Shown here one piece after another: positions 29,118 to 39,060 of a stretch of 64,000 nt of DNA. The stretch's first letter is position 1, and each line of letters begins with the position of its first letter. The position numbers and the translations under genes are program-made. The notes under the pieces are model-generated. The model was not told the DNA's origin, did no database searches, and saw only the letters and a list, made by a program, of their open reading frames with translations. Origin of the DNA: a virus (lineage: Duplodnaviria > Caudoviricetes); IMG/VR virus record IMGVR_UViG_3300024331_000152, positions 1 to 64,000 of that record; one strand, written 5' to 3'.

Positions 29118-29804
29118 CTATTTCCATCCGCCGCCAGCAGCGTTCTTTAGATCTCGTTCGGCTTCGTCCAGAAACTGGTTTTCGTTCTCATCTTCAAGAG
29201 GTTTTCCGATTGCGCCACCTCCGCCTCGCGGCGGCAGCGGGGGACGTGGCATCTCGACCATAGACGGTGTCGGCGCGTGTGCTGGAATCGCTGGGGGAGG
29301 AGGCGGCATCACAAAGGTCATCGATGGCGGATTTGGGTATCCCGCATTTGTCGGCTGATCGGTCGGCAAAGGCTGATCCGACAGGATCGTATCGAGACTG
29401 TAGTCAGGAGGCAGCGGAGCCGGTCCTTGCGACGGTGCGTATCCTTGTGGATAGTAGTTGATCTGCGGGCCGCGATACTGTTCCTGTGTTTGTCCCTGAT
29501 GAGCTTGCAATGCATTCACCATGCGTTGCAGATTCGGAATCTCAGTTCTGAGCCGGTTGTATTCTTGCTGGTGGTATGCAAGCTGATTCACGGCTTCCGC
29601 GAGCTGATGTTGCGCTTCATAAAGTGCTTCGCCAAATGTGTTGCGTTGTGCACGTGGTGCTGATTTCCGAGCAGTTTTTGATTTCTGACGCACGTCTGTA
29701 TTCTCCCAGCGCGCTTTCGCGGCCTTTCGCGCGATAGCAGACCTCTTCTTTGGAGTAAGCGCATCGGCACGCGCCAACCCACCTTTGGATTGTATGGAAG
29801 TCAT
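29118..29804 (-). CDS. Protein with KGG-like basic motif, coiled coil and Pro-rich tail
   Basis: SKGGLARADALTPKKRSAIARKAAKARW; probable leaderless start. Confidence 0.6.
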   Translation of the reverse strand: MTSIQSKGGLARADALTPKKRSAIARKAAKARWENTDVRQKSKTARKSAPRAQRNTFGEALYEAQHQLAEAVNQLAYHQQEYNRLRTEIPNLQRMVNALQAHQGQTQEQYRGPQINYYPQGYAPSQGPAPLPPDYSLDTILSDQPLPTDQPTNAGYPNPPSMTFVMPPPPPAIPAHAPTPSMVEMPRPPLPPRGGGGAIGKPLEDENENQFLDEAERDLKNAAGGGWK

Positions 29805-29836
29805 GCAAGCAATATTCGTCTGATTGCTTGCTGAAG

Positions 29837-30046
29837 TCAAGCGCGGTCCCAGAACAAGCCCGCACGTCGTTCGCATGCCTGCCTGATATCTGGTGCAATG
29901 ATGTGGTACCAGTCATCGTGAATTGCATTAAGCAGTAGCATCACGCGCTCATGCGGAGCATACACAGCATACCGGGCATAGTTGCAGGCCAAAACCTTAC
30001 TCTCAGCCCATTCGGCGAGCTGTTCTGGTGTGTGGAAAGCAGGCAT
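29837..30046 (-). CDS. Hypothetical protein
   Basis: Abuts the GT2 gene. Confidence 0.45.
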   Translation of the reverse strand: MPAFHTPEQLAEWAESKVLACNYARYAVYAPHERVMLLLNAIHDDWYHIIAPDIRQACERRAGLFWDRA

Positions 30047-30739
30047 CTACGTGAATAATTCTCGGTATTTATCTTCCCATGGAAGACAGCCATATTTCGA
30101 GCGAAAAACTTCACGGTCGGCATCGGCCTGTAGACAGAGTTCACGCTGCAACCGTTTGTCGGCATTACGGATTGTCGAGCTGCGAAAGTGAAGGAAGGGA
30201 AGCTGAGCATTCATCAGCTTAATTCTCTTTCGATGAGCCTCGACGTGAAACGCGTTATCACTGGCATAATTTTTCATCTCGGCGTCAAACGGTCCTACAG
30301 CTCTCCAGCACTCTCTGGAAATACAGAACAGAGAAAAGTCCGGACCTTCAACAAGTGGATTATCGGGAGGCTCAGGCGGCACCTCTTCGGGGGTGCCTAC
30401 GCTCACGCCCGTGACGAACGGGAGATTAAAACTCGCGAGTTTGCGATACATCCACGGCGGCAGGATCACATCGGAATTAGCCACGAGAACACGATCAACG
30501 TCTTCGTTTTCAAACAGGTCATCGAGTCCGCAATTCCAGCCATAACTGACGCCCTTATTTTCCGGGTGCATCATTCCCATATCCACTACGCCTTTTTCAG
30601 ATAGCCAGTCAGCGGTTCCATCAGTAGAGCCGTTATCCCACACATACAAGTACGTTGGGATATTCTGCGCACGTACGCTTTCGATGCACCGCTTATTCAG
30701 CTCCAGATTATTGTAGGTAAGAACTAAAACTGGATTCAC
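30047..30739 (-). CDS. Glycosyltransferase family 2
   Basis: VLTYN...WDNGSTDGT...N.GVSYGWN.G...ANSDV. Confidence 0.9.
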   Translation of the reverse strand: MNPVLVLTYNNLELNKRCIESVRAQNIPTYLYVWDNGSTDGTADWLSEKGVVDMGMMHPENKGVSYGWNCGLDDLFENEDVDRVLVANSDVILPPWMYRKLASFNLPFVTGVSVGTPEEVPPEPPDNPLVEGPDFSLFCISRECWRAVGPFDAEMKNYASDNAFHVEAHRKRIKLMNAQLPFLHFRSSTIRNADKRLQRELCLQADADREVFRSKYGCLPWEDKYRELFT

Positions 30740-31425
30740 TAAAACCTCGCAAACTCGCCGTGCAGCTCGACTGCTTTTGCATTATAAGCAGCGCTAGCTT
30801 CCAATCGATTCGTAAACTCCCCGAGACGATATTTAACATTACGCCAGAAGATTACAGCGATCCACATCTTTCTGCGTTCACTCCAATAGACTCCACGACA
30901 ACCGCTCTTGCCGCGACGCTTCTCCCAGCTCTGATTAGCAGCATTTTGAAATCGATCTGCGACGCGAAGATTCTTACGACGGTTATCGAGCGTATTCCAG
31001 CAGTCTTTATGATCTCCTAATATTCCGTCGCCATAAGTCAGACCTAAAATCTGACGATGCATCGCAATGATTCTCGTATTCATCGTGTGAGTCTTCCTGC
31101 TTTCACCGCGTCGCGCATACCAGTTTCCATCTTTCGCTTTCCATGCATGCCATTTCCATTGCATAAGCCAAGCATAATCGTTTGCGTCAACAATCGTGAA
31201 TTGGCCTTGGCTGAGCGGAATCAAACGACAATAGACGCCTTCGATCTTAAATGGCATCGCCTCTTCTGGTGTCGGATGTTGCTGTCGCTGGTGTCCAGCT
31301 ATAAATCTGCGTGGTTTACCGCGAACTAATCCTCGGTTCGCGTCGCTTGCAATTGCAAGTGTAGTGGGCCTCCCACAGCCGCACTGACAAAGGCCATCTG
31401 GTATTGTTTGTTTTGGGGATGTCAT
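30739..31425 (-). CDS. HNH-AP2 homing endonuclease
   Basis: CQCGCG..RFIAGH, IPLSQG..IVD..D..WL..WKW, MHRQI...DH...NTLDNRR.NLR, AP2 GVYW..W.A.I...LG.F...EA..AYN..A.ELHGEFA. Confidence 0.9.
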   Translation of the reverse strand: MTSPKQTIPDGLCQCGCGRPTTLAIASDANRGLVRGKPRRFIAGHQRQQHPTPEEAMPFKIEGVYCRLIPLSQGQFTIVDANDYAWLMQWKWHAWKAKDGNWYARRGESRKTHTMNTRIIAMHRQILGLTYGDGILGDHKDCWNTLDNRRKNLRVADRFQNAANQSWEKRRGKSGCRGVYWSERRKMWIAVIFWRNVKYRLGEFTNRLEASAAYNAKAVELHGEFARF

Positions 31426-31486
31426 AGTCGCTCCAAACAGCGATGAGGCTTGCCCGGTGCTGATAACACCTGATATCCCCATTTTA
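31426..31486 (-). promoter_or_regulatory. -10 box plus structured leader with SD-sequestering hairpin
   Basis: Minus strand: TAAAAT..GGTG-TTATCAG-CACC..AAGCC..TCGCT-GTTTGG-AGCGA..ATG; same layout as 16221-16289. Confidence 0.6.
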
Positions 31487-32158
31487 CAGCGGTTTGCCGG
31501 TCTCCAAAAGCTCTCTAAATCCAGAATCTGGACACTTTCCCGAGAAATGAAAAAACTGCGGGAGAGTGTCGTACCGGCTATTGTAGGCGCGCGTCCCGAG
31601 GCGCTTCAATGAGCCATCTTCGAGCCACGCTGAGACCACATAGAAGATCGACGTCGTCTCGTCCAGCCAGACCAGATTTGAATCAATGGCGCGCCGGTTA
31701 AACCATGCTTGATCGAGGATCTCTTGATCAGGAGTAGCTTCGGCGAGCCCACACCAGCGGAGGAGCTGTTTCGGGTTACCGGCCAGCATGCCGTTATTGG
31801 CATAGCGCCACGGGCTCTCGCTGGTGAACTCTCTTGCCAGATAGGCTTCTGGGTAACAGTTGCGCTCTGCCGACACGATCATGTTCTCCGGCAGCTTCGA
31901 GAGAAGCTCATCCTTTGTGCCGTAGAACAACACGTCCCAAGCGTCTGTCATGACAATCTTGTCGTAGTCTTCGAAGCGCTCGCACATCTCGCGGATGTAG
32001 GCGATCCTGCGCGCCGCCGTGATGCTGTTTGCGCCGCAAGGTAACGATGGGATCTGGTGCCAGTAGAACGGAATTCCGGCCTCGGTTAGCTGCTTCTCGT
32101 ACTCATCGATCATTCCCTCGCGATGAGTGATCTGGGCGACGACGATAATGTCTTTCAC
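31484..32158 (-). CDS. PLOD-type glycosyltransferase domain protein
   Basis: MTDAWDV, SAERNCYP, RYANNG..AG, DQ.WF, HFSG. Confidence 0.8.
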   Translation of the reverse strand: MKDIIVVAQITHREGMIDEYEKQLTEAGIPFYWHQIPSLPCGANSITAARRIAYIREMCERFEDYDKIVMTDAWDVLFYGTKDELLSKLPENMIVSAERNCYPEAYLAREFTSESPWRYANNGMLAGNPKQLLRWCGLAEATPDQEILDQAWFNRRAIDSNLVWLDETTSIFYVVSAWLEDGSLKRLGTRAYNSRYDTLPQFFHFSGKCPDSGFRELLETGKPL

Positions 32159-32736
32159 TGGCAGAACCCCGAGCTTGGCATATTGATGATAGGGGGAACA
32201 GTCGGGAAGGACATCCACTGGTACTCCTCAACGAGTCTCTCAATGAAGATCCCGTCAGAGGTGTAGTCGAGAATGTCTGGCCACTGTCCGATTTCTCTTT
32301 TTACAACAAGATTCGCGGTGTCCACATGACACATTCGTGGTGTGCCCACAGGAAAAAAGAGACCGCCATGACGGAGAATTGGGAAGAAGGCAACTTGAGG
32401 TAAATCATTGTCAACCAGCGCAGAATGAATTGTGGAGAGCGATTCATTATGAGCGAGAAAATTGTCGTCGTCAACTCCGATTAAGTAATCGGCATCAGTT
32501 TCATACCATGCGTTGTGGCGACAGGTATTTCCGCCGTTGTGATGCTCAATAGGGCATTCAATAATCTTTCGCAGAGGGTGTTGGATTTTGTCGAGCAGTT
32601 CTGCGCGCAGCGGCTTACTGTCTACCATAACGACGTGTTGCCAATTGCTGTGAGTTTGAAGATCGACAGACTCGCAACATCTCAAAAGAGAGTCGCGCTG
32701 TATTGTAGGGGTCACAATTCCGAACTTAATTGACAC
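32155..32736 (-). CDS. Glycosyltransferase family 2
   Basis: IVTPT..R..L.RC.ESV..QT..NWQH...D, GVDDDN. Confidence 0.85.
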   Translation of the reverse strand: MSIKFGIVTPTIQRDSLLRCCESVDLQTHSNWQHVVMVDSKPLRAELLDKIQHPLRKIIECPIEHHNGGNTCRHNAWYETDADYLIGVDDDNFLAHNESLSTIHSALVDNDLPQVAFFPILRHGGLFFPVGTPRMCHVDTANLVVKREIGQWPDILDYTSDGIFIERLVEEYQWMSFPTVPPIINMPSSGFCQ

Positions 32737-33338
32737 GACTCCCTCCGTTTCGCCCAGTATGCAACTCTCTTTTCTCTCATTTTGCGCTTAGTTTCATCAG
32801 AGACCGAGTGGCCCATCTTTCCCGCGCTCAGACGTGCCCGCCATTGTTCGTCAAACACACGCTTTTTGCCAAACATAGGATTGCCCGAGCCGGTCATCTT
32901 TTTTGAGTGTTCCGTAGGGTCGTACCCTTGTATCGGATTAGCCTTGCGATATTGGCTCAAAATATCTTTGAAGGACTGACCTCTATTTTTTCCAAGCCAG
33001 TATCCCTGCTTTCCTTTGTTGGCTATACTGATTTTCCTTTTATGATCTTCACTCCTGATAGATCCGCATGCTCCCTCACCGCCGTCTGTAAAATTACGGA
33101 GACAACCAGTGCCAAGATCTTCACGCCCATAAAATGAGATCAGAAAACATTCAGCAAATAGCGCTTGATCTTCAGATTCGTGATCTTGAACAATCACATA
33201 TTCTTCTGGTGGAGATCCCTTACGGTACGCGCGGCCCCTTCTTCTGCTCGTGCGGAAGCCCTTGCCAGCGTAAAAGGGAGTACCGTCAGGCCGAAGCCAA
33301 AGGTATGTGTAGTATGTTCGTATTGTTGCTTCTTTCAT
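32712..33338 (-). CDS. GIY-YIG-like homing endonuclease with NUMOD3 repeats
   Basis: YYTY...DGTPFYAGKG, E..LI..YGR.D..G.L.NFTDGGEG, SEDHKRKIS / GNPMFGK / SDETKRKM. Confidence 0.85.
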   Translation of the reverse strand: MKEATIRTYYTYLWLRPDGTPFYAGKGFRTSRRRGRAYRKGSPPEEYVIVQDHESEDQALFAECFLISFYGREDLGTGCLRNFTDGGEGACGSIRSEDHKRKISIANKGKQGYWLGKNRGQSFKDILSQYRKANPIQGYDPTEHSKKMTGSGNPMFGKKRVFDEQWRARLSAGKMGHSVSDETKRKMREKRVAYWAKRRESCQLSSEL

Positions 33339-34762
33339 GACGCTCGCAGAATAGACGGCGGAAGATTCATGCCCATGCTGTGTTCAAAGTGTACTGCGGC
33401 GGCGGCGGCAGGAAACGGGATTTCAAGTTTCGACCGGACCTCGTTCTCTACTTCGTCTCTCAGCCTGACAATTTCTTGTGGGGACAGGTAGTCTGTCCAG
33501 ACATAGGACGTATACTCTCCGGGTTTGCCTTTATAGAACTGCATCTCGCGAGAAAAGTCTACATTTTTTGAATAAAGAACATCGCCATTAGTTTCGAACT
33601 TGTACGTGTCTCCTGCGACGTGGATCGCGGCGTCGTAATACTGCGTGCCCGGGTAGACTGTGATCACGGTACAGTCGAAGTCATCAGGCTTTTCCTGCAA
33701 CAACCAGTCGCGTGTTGCGAGGACTGTCTCTTCACTCTCTCCCGGGTGGCCAAAGCTCATTAGCGCCTTCACTTTTAGACCGTACTTGTGCGCTATCCGT
33801 AGCATGCGCGTGTTGTCGTCCACGGTCGCATTTTTGGCGATGTTTTTGAGGATCTTAGGATGAGCTGACTCGAATCCGCAGAGCAGCCAGCGGAATCCGG
33901 CTGCGTACATTACCTCAGCCTGTTCTTCCGTGAACAATTCGGCCTTAACAAATCCGCGTAGCCTCCAGTCGATCCCCATGCTGGCGATCTCGCGCATGAG
34001 CGGGACGATGTTACGGTTAACGTTAAGCTCATCATCGTACGCCATTATCGAGCTTAGTCCATATGTGTCATGGATGAAGCGCATCTCGGCAATGACATTT
34101 TCCGTATCTCGCGAGCGAATTCTACGGAGCATTGCAGAGTTTCTTCCGCCGCAAAAATTACAATGGAAAGGGCAACCGAGTTGAAAGATTGCTGATGTAG
34201 CGCGTTTTCCATCGACGTAATAATGATATGAATCCATGTCTATCAGGTGACGAGCGGGCCACGGCGCTTCCGTAAAATCCTTCGACGTATTCCAGAGTAC
34301 AGATTTTGGATCATCCGCATCCACGAGGCCCTTGGTAAATGGCGAGATCGCAGAGAAAATCGCTTTTTCTCCATCACCGGCAACTACCACATCGAAGTCT
34401 TTCAGGATCTCCACCAGAGCCGATTTAGCTCGTTCACTTGCTCGCTTCGCGGCGGCATGTACGAGTGTCGGATGCGGACCGCCAAGGACAGTTTTCGCAC
34501 TCGGATTGCTTGTCTGTAGTGCCTTGAGCACACGAAGGCAGGCGGGGTATTGAGGCGAGGTCGATGTGAAAGCGAATATGTTCGGGTTGCCGACATAATC
34601 AGTTGCTGCATCCTCATAGTTCTCAACTCCTGTGAGATCCAGATGCTCTACCTTATGTCCGGCCTGTTCAAGCACAGCCCCAACCTTCAGGATTCCGAGA
34701 CTGGCAAATACCCTCTCGTCAAGAAGAAATGGACTTGGCGGCGTCACGAGGCAAATATGCAT
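33335..34762 (-). CDS. Cobalamin-binding radical SAM enzyme (class B methylase-like)
   Basis: SLGI..V.AVL, GGPHPT, GDGE, GCPFHCNFC (CX3CX2C), DDELN, GFESA, PGT.YY. Confidence 0.9.
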   Translation of the reverse strand: MHICLVTPPSPFLLDERVFASLGILKVGAVLEQAGHKVEHLDLTGVENYEDAATDYVGNPNIFAFTSTSPQYPACLRVLKALQTSNPSAKTVLGGPHPTLVHAAAKRASERAKSALVEILKDFDVVVAGDGEKAIFSAISPFTKGLVDADDPKSVLWNTSKDFTEAPWPARHLIDMDSYHYYVDGKRATSAIFQLGCPFHCNFCGGRNSAMLRRIRSRDTENVIAEMRFIHDTYGLSSIMAYDDELNVNRNIVPLMREIASMGIDWRLRGFVKAELFTEEQAEVMYAAGFRWLLCGFESAHPKILKNIAKNATVDDNTRMLRIAHKYGLKVKALMSFGHPGESEETVLATRDWLLQEKPDDFDCTVITVYPGTQYYDAAIHVAGDTYKFETNGDVLYSKNVDFSREMQFYKGKPGEYTSYVWTDYLSPQEIVRLRDEVENEVRSKLEIPFPAAAAAVHFEHSMGMNLPPSILRAS

Positions 34763-34791
34763 GCCTCATACGGTAGCAGAAAATCGAGGAA

Positions 34792-35262
34792 TTATAATTC
34801 CTTCAGGCTGATCCTGCCACCATTTTTGTTGATAATTCCAGCCTTATTTAAGCGAGATATGACGTTGTAGACATGGGTTCTTGCACAGCGCAGGTGGATG
34901 CGGAGCTGTTCGGCATTCATCTCGCCGTGCAGCATGAGGACGTCGATAGCCTCTGCTGTTTGCCCACCGAGCTTCTGTTTCCACGAATCCCAGACGACCT
35001 TATTGCGTGGCTGTTCGCCGGTCTTTGCGCCCGCTCCGGTAACCGAATCCATCTGCTCGAAGAGATGAGTGAGACCACTATACAGTGGCTGCAAAAAAGT
35101 GCGGATCTGCGAGAGGGCCTGTTCTTCCTTGTCAATAAGGAGCTGGTTTTGTCGCAATTTTTCGCGAAGCTCGGCAACTTCAGCCCGAAGCTGGTCGTTT
35201 TCTTTTTTTATCTCGTAATCCCAGTTTCTAGGAGGAGGGATTGGACTATGCACTATGCTCAT
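34792..35262 (-). CDS. Coiled-coil plus winged-HTH protein
   Basis: N-terminal coiled coil, C-terminal VYNVISRLNKAGII HTH. Confidence 0.6.
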   Translation of the reverse strand: MSIVHSPIPPPRNWDYEIKKENDQLRAEVAELREKLRQNQLLIDKEEQALSQIRTFLQPLYSGLTHLFEQMDSVTGAGAKTGEQPRNKVVWDSWKQKLGGQTAEAIDVLMLHGEMNAEQLRIHLRCARTHVYNVISRLNKAGIINKNGGRISLKEL

Positions 35263-35863
35263 CAGAAGAGCCTCCTGTCAGCTTGGCGCGGAATGCGCCA
35301 AGAGTTTGTGTGAGGATGGCTGGCGCGCCGACGCGTTCAAGGCCGCGAATATACGAAAACGCTAGACGAAGCGCACACATATTCAGCCGGGGCTCGTTGT
35401 ATTGGTCGATGGCCATGACATATTCGTGGCGGTTGCTGTGCGTGCCGGTGATCCATGCCTTAGCCTGAATCCGGGCCTCGTTGAGCTTCTTGAAAAGCGC
35501 CGGATCGCCACCGCCAGCGGAGTCTGGATGGCATTTCCTTGCGCGGTCGCGAAAGACTTCATCGATCTCGGCCATCGTGGGTGCCGGATTGTCGAGGCCC
35601 AGCGTCTGTTGCCACGAGAAATCTTCTTTCTTGAGCGAGAACCACACGGCGACGCCGGGATCGAGACGTTCGTCAGGGCTTCGCGAAATCAGGATAGAGG
35701 TGGCATCCATTCGGGTCAGTTCATCGACGAGCGCTTTGAAATATTCAACCCGCGACTTCTTCCACGATGACTGAAGTTTACGTTCCTTGATGCGTGTTCG
35801 CTCTATACCGTCAGGCCATTTAAGCTTGTTCGCATCCTCCACTACGTCGAGTTTCTTCTTCAT
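35246..35863 (-). CDS. Phage J-domain protein
   Basis: WPDG.ERT, DPGVAVWF, RKCHPD..GG....F..LNEA, YVMAIDQY. Confidence 0.85.
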   Translation of the reverse strand: MKKKLDVVEDANKLKWPDGIERTRIKERKLQSSWKKSRVEYFKALVDELTRMDATSILISRSPDERLDPGVAVWFSLKKEDFSWQQTLGLDNPAPTMAEIDEVFRDRARKCHPDSAGGGDPALFKKLNEARIQAKAWITGTHSNRHEYVMAIDQYNEPRLNMCALRLAFSYIRGLERVGAPAILTQTLGAFRAKLTGGSSDEHSA

Positions 35864-35876
35864 TGTCTTCTCCCGG

Positions 35877-36602
35877 CTAGATCTTCTTGAAAGTCAGAGC
35901 CCATACCCACGGGTTTTCTTTGTGTGCGTGCACACCGTTGATGTCATCCCAAAGGTAAAAGTATGCCTGACGTCGCGGCGGCGCGAGATGGTTTTTTACG
36001 AGGTACGCATCGTCTATACCTTCGGCAAGAGCATCCTCTTCGCTGATGTCCTGCAAGCGCTCGACACGTACGTCTGTGATCTCCAGCAGTGTTCGCGAGC
36101 ACCAGCGGAACATGAAGCGCGCGTGCCGCCACTTGTCACCGTGCCGTCCATTGTCATGTGCGACGATCCACTTGTCGGCAGCTTCACGCGTGGGCTCGAT
36201 AGGCCGGAAAGAGTTGTCCGCTTTATATCGGACGCCGTCGATACCAGTCTTCGGATCTTCCCATGTGCGCCACGCCTCGCGGACCCAAAAACGGTCTCCG
36301 ACGATGCCGTGTGCTTTGGGACCATGTTTTTCGATGAATTGTTGGACACCCATACTATGGTAAGTCCCAACACTTTCACACTCTGTGATGACGTGCTTTA
36401 GAGGTCCCGGAGGAAGTTCGGTTGGAAACATGTCTGGGCAAATAAACAGGTCACCAATTTCTATTTTTGTAAATGACTGTGCGGGGCTAATAGTCCTGCA
36501 TGACCGAGGCTGAGGAGTAAGCACGCGCCGCGTTTGCCACTTCAGGCCGTCGCGAGACTTCTGAGCGTTCGCAGGTGTGAATAAGATACCGCGTTCTTTC
36601 AT
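35877..36602 (-). CDS. ASCH/PUA-like phage protein
   Basis: ILF.......GLKWQTRR, GDRFWVRE.W, MFRW.SR.LLEITDVRVERLQDISEEDA.AEG, NPWVW...F. Confidence 0.85.
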   Translation of the reverse strand: MKERGILFTPANAQKSRDGLKWQTRRVLTPQPRSCRTISPAQSFTKIEIGDLFICPDMFPTELPPGPLKHVITECESVGTYHSMGVQQFIEKHGPKAHGIVGDRFWVREAWRTWEDPKTGIDGVRYKADNSFRPIEPTREAADKWIVAHDNGRHGDKWRHARFMFRWCSRTLLEITDVRVERLQDISEEDALAEGIDDAYLVKNHLAPPRRQAYFYLWDDINGVHAHKENPWVWALTFKKI

Positions 36603-36940
36603 GGATTCACCTTCAGAAACTCCCGAAAGCTCCCGCCTGTTGCATCCGACCAGTCAAGGAATCGTTGATACCGCTGTTGGCTCTTCGTCAGCACAGGAGC
36701 CTTCGGCGACGCGCTGCGCATAGCCACAATACCGTTGCCTGTCACGCGATAACAGACGTCACCACCGGTCGCTGTATTTCCCGGAAACTTTTCCATAAAG
36801 CCCAACGTCACCAACTCATCAGCAACCGCACATTCACCGATGTAGTAGTCGCGGTAGTACCAGTCATGACCTTTCGGCCAGCGACCGTATTGATCCGACC
36901 CGAGAGCGTGTTGTAGGACTTCAAGCTGGCGCGGCGTCAT
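36599..36940 (-). CDS. Hypothetical phage protein
   Basis: Overlapping stop/start; LQHALG...YRDYY. Confidence 0.6.
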   Translation of the reverse strand: MTPRQLEVLQHALGSDQYGRWPKGHDWYYRDYYIGECAVADELVTLGFMEKFPGNTATGGDVCYRVTGNGIVAMRSASPKAPVLTKSQQRYQRFLDWSDATGGSFREFLKVNP

Positions 36941-37692
36941 TTGACCACCGGAAACTGATTTGCGATCAGATGTGCAGGGATCAGGTGTTTGCCTTCATCT
37001 GGGATGCGCGCCGACATCTGCTTCATAAAGAAGGCGACGCCATACTTTTCACACTCTTGTTTTATATCTTCTGCCCACTTCTGCTCCATTGGGCGAAAGC
37101 CAGCGCCGCTCTCACCACCGCAAATGATCCAGTCAGGAAGTCCTAACCCGCTATGACTGGCATCCATAGTTAATGGGCCGATAGCAGGCTCATAGCTTAT
37201 CCACGCAGGGAAGCCACGATCCTGACGGAGGACCGCGATTAAAGGCCAGCGGACGTCGTAGAATTCCTGATTCTCGCAAGTCGTTCCGATCCACACGTTG
37301 TCATGCACGAAATCATGCGGAAGGTAACGTTCGTACCGATGCGGTCTCTTCGTCAGGAGCTGCCAGATCAAGTACGGCGTGTGATCGATCAAAGACCAGA
37401 GCCGCTCGCGCGCACCTTCCGGCGCTTCGTCATCCATCACATCGCAGAGCGAGCCACAGAAGACTTTATGCTTCACGCCTGCCTTCTCAGCCTCACGGTT
37501 CCACTGAAGCGGCTTCTTCCAGTTTGAATCAGACGTCAGGCGGCGCGGCTTTCCTTTACCCCAGCTATCGTGTCCCCAGCGGTGGTCTTGTGATTCCGCA
37601 TAACAATGGTCACACCCGGGCGAGACCTTCGTGCAGCCAATCCAAGGATTCCAGCTACTGTCCGCCCATGCGATCTTAGTAACCTTTCCCAC
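36937..37692 (-). CDS. DUF5131 (phage Gp37/Gp68) radical-SAM-like protein
   Basis: IAWAD.SWNPW.GCTKVSPGCDHCYA, LLTKRP, WIS.EP, WII.GGESG, FFMKQ. Confidence 0.9.
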   Translation of the reverse strand: MGKVTKIAWADSSWNPWIGCTKVSPGCDHCYAESQDHRWGHDSWGKGKPRRLTSDSNWKKPLQWNREAEKAGVKHKVFCGSLCDVMDDEAPEGARERLWSLIDHTPYLIWQLLTKRPHRYERYLPHDFVHDNVWIGTTCENQEFYDVRWPLIAVLRQDRGFPAWISYEPAIGPLTMDASHSGLGLPDWIICGGESGAGFRPMEQKWAEDIKQECEKYGVAFFMKQMSARIPDEGKHLIPAHLIANQFPVVK

Positions 37693-38311
37693 GATGTACC
37701 TCCTTATGACACACATCGCAAAGCGTGATTCCATTAGCGAGCAAAAAGCGAACTAAAACGAAGGTCGCGAATGGAAGAATATGATGGGCGTGCAAGTTCC
37801 CTCCCGTTGCATCGCCACAGCGTTGGCAGGTAAATCGGTCCCGTGAGTAGACTTCGTACCGCCAGCGCTTATACTCGGCGCTGTAGCGTATACCCAGACG
37901 CTCAACGCCACGTCCATCAACATATCCATGGCATTGATTTCCACGCTTCGCTACAGCTCGAACAGACGCGCTTATTTTAGCTCGCTCTTGAAGGGTACGC
38001 GGCACACCGCGTTTTTCACTTACAAACCCCGGTTTCCGACCGCCATTAAAATTGGGTCCAAAATGTTTACCCTTCATCGGTGACGGTCGTCCTTTTGTAC
38101 ACTTGCGAACCTCGACACGTCGAACAGCTAGGCAGCGAGATGCCAGCCCGTCCGCGCGCCACGCATCGCGGCCAAAGTTTTCTACAGGTTCCATCTTTTT
38201 ACAATCAGAACACCAACGCAATCCAGACGCACAAAGACGCCGGTATTCGTCAATCGGAATACCGATTCGCTTCATGAACGTCTTCAACGCGCCGTCTCTC
38301 GTCTGTGCCAT
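37676..38311 (-). CDS. HNH endonuclease
   Basis: YKRWR..V..RDRFTCQRCG....LHAHHI.......NGITLC.VCH. Confidence 0.85.
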   Translation of the reverse strand: MAQTRDGALKTFMKRIGIPIDEYRRLCASGLRWCSDCKKMEPVENFGRDAWRADGLASRCLAVRRVEVRKCTKGRPSPMKGKHFGPNFNGGRKPGFVSEKRGVPRTLQERAKISASVRAVAKRGNQCHGYVDGRGVERLGIRYSAEYKRWRYEVYSRDRFTCQRCGDATGGNLHAHHILPFATFVLVRFLLANGITLCDVCHKEVHRGKGY

Positions 38312-38318
38312 TATTGCG

Positions 38319-38627
38319 TTATTTCTTCCTCGCTTCCAGCATCGCGTCGGCCATTTGATAATATCGTTCAGCCGCCTTATCGAAATATTTGATTTGGAGA
38401 GCACTGTCCCCGTAATCTTGAGCAGCCCAATCACCTGTCAGCGCCGCCATCGCGAACTGATCGCGGATAGATAGTTTGTCAGGAAACAGAGCTTCGATGA
38501 GCTGCCCGTCTGCAAGCTTTTCGGTCTGCTTGAGCTTCGCCTCAAGCTCTTGCCACTGTTCCTTGTCGTACCCGGGTGTGCCGACAGCCTTTGTCCAGAG
38601 CGTGTGGAGTAGTTGATGATTATTCAT
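38319..38627 (-). CDS. Hypothetical phage protein
   Basis: SIRDQFAMAAL...YQMADAMLEAR motif common in phage ORFs. Confidence 0.7.
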   Translation of the reverse strand: MNNHQLLHTLWTKAVGTPGYDKEQWQELEAKLKQTEKLADGQLIEALFPDKLSIRDQFAMAALTGDWAAQDYGDSALQIKYFDKAAERYYQMADAMLEARKK

Positions 38628-38643
38628 AGTCCCCCCCAGTGTT

Positions 38644-38850
38644 TCAGTATTTGTCATTCAGATCTCGAAGATAAAAAAGTTGCTTTGGACTCACGGAGCG
38701 CGCGTCGTCCATCTTGCCGATAAACTCCGCTTCTCTTTCGGTCATTTGGCTCACTGTGATGCGTTCCAGAAGTTGGCGCAGGATGCGATCCTTCTCTGCA
38801 ACGCGTTCATCTTCGGTCAGTGTTGATTGGCTTAGATCGTGGTATCCCAT
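38644..38850 (-). CDS. Hypothetical protein
   Basis: SD AGGAGG upstream. Confidence 0.6.
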   Translation of the reverse strand: MGYHDLSQSTLTEDERVAEKDRILRQLLERITVSQMTEREAEFIGKMDDARSVSPKQLFYLRDLNDKY

Positions 38851-38871
38851 ATGCCTCCTATTTCACCTGTT

Positions 38872-39060
38872 TCAGACTGGCTTTTCTGGCCAAGCATTTG
38901 CTTCATTCTTCGTGAGCGCAGTGGTTGCAACGACGACGACGTTCTTTAGTCCAAACTTGCCTATCCTGTCATCGAGAAGCTTATGAATAGCCTCGACTGG
39001 ACAGCCGGTCAGGTGCGCGTACTTGCGCTCGCATACAGGGCATTGTCTATCGAGCGGCAT
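38872..39060 (-). CDS. Small hypothetical protein (CxxC..H..C)
   Basis: ATG overlapping the end of the GT4 gene. Confidence 0.4.
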   Translation of the reverse strand: MPLDRQCPVCERKYAHLTGCPVEAIHKLLDDRIGKFGLKNVVVVATTALTKNEANAWPEKPV

